Below are positions 32,630-35,470 of a stretch of DNA of 35,470 bases, piece by piece; within the stretch, counting starts at the first letter, position 1; each line of letters opens with the position of its first letter. The notes beneath the pieces were generated by a model. The model ran no database searches, had not been told where the DNA came from, and saw nothing but the letters and a program-made list of their open reading frames with translations. The stretch covers positions 2,440,994 to 2,476,463 of the forward strand of contig NC_057754.1 in assembly GCF_004010195.1 (NCBI RefSeq), in the 5' to 3' direction. The DNA comes from Chiloscyllium plagiosum (lineage: Eukaryota). A program made the position numbers and the translations under genes.

Positions 32630-34300
32630 AGTTTTGCTATGCCTTCCCCCAGTGAAGCTGTTCCAGTCCAGTTACAACACTGGCATCTACTCGACAACAT
32701 GGAAAATTGCCCAGGTCTGTCCTGTACATAAAAAAACAGGACAAATCCAACCCGGCCAATTACCACCCCATCAGTCTAATCTCGATCATCAGTGAAATGA
32801 TGGATGTTGTCTTCAACAGTGCTATCAAGGAGACCCTGCTCAGCAATAACCTGCTCAGTGACAGCCAGTTTGGTTTCCCCCAGGGCCCCTCAGCTCCTGA
32901 CCTCATTACAGACTTGGGTCAAACATAGACAAAGAGCTGAAATCCAGAGGGGGTCAGAAAGTGACAGCCCTTGACATCAAGGCTGCATTTGATCAAGTGT
33001 GGCATCCCTAGCAAAACTGGAATCGATGGGTTTCAGGGGGCCAACTCTCTGCAGGTTGGATTTATACCTGGCAGATAGTCAGATGATTGTGCTTTTTGGA
33101 GGTCAGTCATCTCAGCTCCAGGATATCTCTGCAGGAGTTCCTCAGGGTAGTGTCCAAGGCCCAACCATCTTCAGCTGCTTCATCCATGACCTTTCCTCCA
33201 TCTTAAGGTCAGAGTTGGGAATGTTTTACCAAAATGATTGCACAATGTTTAGCACCATTCACAACTCCTCAGATACTGAAGCAGTCCATGTTTAAATGTA
33301 ACAAGATCTGGATGATATCCTGACAAACAGCAGCAAAGACTATCTCCAATAAGGCAGAATCTAACCATCAGCCCTTGGCATTCAATACTGTCATCATTTA
33401 TTCCCTCACTACAAACATCCAGAAACGGAACTGGGCCAACCATATAGCTACAGTGGCTGCAAGAGCAGATCAGAAGCTGGGAATCCTGCAGCAAGTAACT
33501 CACCGCCTGACTCTCCAAAGCCTGTCACCAACACACAAGTCAGGAGTCTGATGGAATACTCCCCACTTACCTGGATGGGTGCAACACTCAAAAAATGTTT
33601 AACATCGTCCAGGACAAAGTAGCCCGATTGATTGGCACCATATCCACAAACATCTATTCCTTCCCCCACCGACACTCAGTAGCAGCAGTGTGTACCATCT
33701 GGATGAGGCACTGCAGCAACTTAACCAGGCTCCTCCTACAACACATTACAAACCCACGCCCACCTAGAAGGACAGGGCAGCAGATACGTGGAAACACCAC
33801 CTTCTGCAGGTTCCCCTCCAAGCCACTCACCATTCATAGAACCCCTAGAGTGTGAAGGCAGGCCATTCTGCCCACACTAACCCTCCACAGAGCATCCCAC
33901 CCAGACCAACCTCTCTATCCCTGTAACCCTGCATTTCCCATGTCTAACCCACCTAGCCTGCACATCTCCAAACTGTGGAAGGAAACAGAGAACACAGACA
34001 CAGGGGAATGCGCAAACTCTACACCCGAGAATGGAATTGAACCTGGGTCCCTGGTACTGTGAGGTAGCAGTGTTAACCAATAGCCACCGTGCCAACCTGG
34101 AACTATATCGGCTGTTCCTTCAGTGTCGCTGGGTCAAAATCCTGGAAATTCCCTCCCTAACAACATTGTGCGGGGGTCCCTGCACCTCATGGACTGCAGC
34201 AGTTCAGGAAGGCATCTCCCCACCACTTTCTCAAGGGGCAATTAGGGACAGGCAATAAATGCTGGGACCAGCCAGCGACCTCCACATCCCACGGATTAAC
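32630..34300 (+). mobile_element. Decayed LINE of a second CR1/L2-group family (RT region and 3' end)
   Basis: GIYSTTWKIAQVCPVHKK, DKSNPANYHPISL, SQFGF, ALDIKAAFDQVWH, GVPQGSVQGPTIF..FIHDL, VRSLMEY; multiple frameshifts. Confidence 0.93.
33837..34096 (-). mobile_element. HE1-type V-SINE inserted into the LINE
   Basis: Minus head TGGCACGGTGGCTATTGGTTAACACTGC and B box GGTTCAATTCC. The LINE resumes at CTGGAACTATATCG. Confidence 0.88.
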
Positions 34301-34535
34301 TGGTTCCATGCTAGCACCCGAAATAACTGCTCACACCCACCTACTACACACCACCCTCCAGAAAGTGCTGAGAGTCCAGCATCCCTGCAGAGAGTTGTGT
34401 TTTGAGAGCAGTAAACAGCAAGGTTATGGAGGACTGGTAAACCACTGGATGACAGTAAACCCCTGGCAGAGTCACTGGAAGCAATTGGATGCAATCAGGC
34501 AAAAATATCGCAAATTGGATTTCTTTCTTAAACAG

Positions 34536-34668
34536 TTGTCAACAATTCTGATAAAAGCAATACTCAGCAAAGTGTTACAGCATCACAGTGTGATGAGAAT
34601 ATATATCCTGAGTTATGTGCCAGACTCAATGAGCAGAAATTTAATATCAGTTGCTCATGGACAAAAAG
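34536..34668 (+). CDS. Candidate internal coding exon (133 bp) of an unidentified, possibly extracellular protein
   Basis: Acceptor TTTCTTTCTTAAACAG| and donor AAG|GTAAAC in non-repetitive sequence. The phase-1 frame reads (x)VNNSDKSNTQQSVTASQCDENIYPELCARLNEQKFNISCSWTK; the phase-0 frame is also open. Confidence 0.5.
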
Positions 34669-35032
34669 GTAAACAAATAATTTTTTTCAATATATTTCTT
34701 ACAAATTAATTATTTCTGAACATCTCTTCATTTCCCTGTTGCTCATAACATTTTCTGGTCTATAAATCAAGGATGTATGACTGGCCAGGGTAACCATGTA
34801 ACTGTCGGAACCAATGTTTCAATTTCCAGTTAGGGCTGGGCAGTTCGAGAGAAAGCCCACTTGCTCAAGAATATTTCTTCATGTTTTTTCTCAGCTTTTT
34901 TTGTGCCAATCACCTTCAATCTGAGTCCGTCATTCCCGGAAGGGTTTCTCCCTCACTGACTTGATCCAATACTCCCTTCTTGATTCTGGATGCCTCAGTT
35001 CAATCTCCCACCAAATATTCCCTGTTCTGAGA

Positions 35033-35470
35033 GAGGGAGCGCCGCACTGTCGGAGGGTCAGCACCAAGGGAACGCCGCACTTTCGGAGGGTCAGCACCAA
35101 GGGAACGCCGCACTGTTGGAGGGTCAGCACCAAGGGAACGCCGCACTGTCGGAGGATCAGCACCAAGGGAACACCGCACTGTCAGAGGGTCAGCACCGAG
35201 AGGGAGCGCCGCACTGTCGGAGGGTCAGTACCGAGGGAGCGCCGCACTGTCGGAGGGCCAGTACCGAGGGAGCGCCGCACTGCCGGAGGGCCAGTACCGA
35301 GGGAGCGCCGCACTGTCGGAGGGTCAGTACCGAGGGAGCGCCGCACTGTCGGAGGGTCAGCACCAAGGGTACGCCTCACTGTCGGAGGGTCAGCACCGAG
35401 GGAGTGCCGCACTGTCGGAGGGTCAGTACCGAGGGAGCGCCGCACTGTCGGAGGGCCAGTACCGAGGGAG
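35033..35470. repeat. 33-bp minisatellite, at least 13 copies, runs off the window end
   Basis: Unit GAGGGAGCGCCGCACTGTCGGAGGGTCAGTACC; an AAGGGAAC/AGCACC variant block lies at about 35062-35180. Confidence 0.96.

Overview
This is vertebrate DNA, almost certainly from a cartilaginous fish. HE1-type V-SINEs, their CR1/HER1-type partner LINE and Deu-domain SINE tails point to a shark; this is inferred from recalled repeat consensus sequences, not a database search. The window looks intronic or intergenic and is dominated by decayed, often nested retroelements (CR1-clade LINEs, a second CR1/L2-group LINE, RTE and Rex1-like pieces, three SINE families, a probable solo LTR) and four tandem arrays (28, 24, 58 and 33 bp units). 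No complete gene is present. The long ORFs at 2.1-5.1 kb come from a stop-free 24-bp repeat, and most other ORFs are LINE debris. The best host-gene candidate is one 133-bp exon (34536-34668). The most interesting signal is a set of very short (94-211 bp) insertions, each flanked by a 10-14 bp direct repeat, carrying minimal hammerhead-ribozyme motifs of the Penelope-like-element type (11702-11795, 13086-13182, and an 88-bp-arm palindrome at 9367-9577), plus several decayed relatives. Hammerheads in Penelope-like elements are a known class; I cannot tell whether these short units are already described. Repeat boundaries are approximate unless exact junctions are given.
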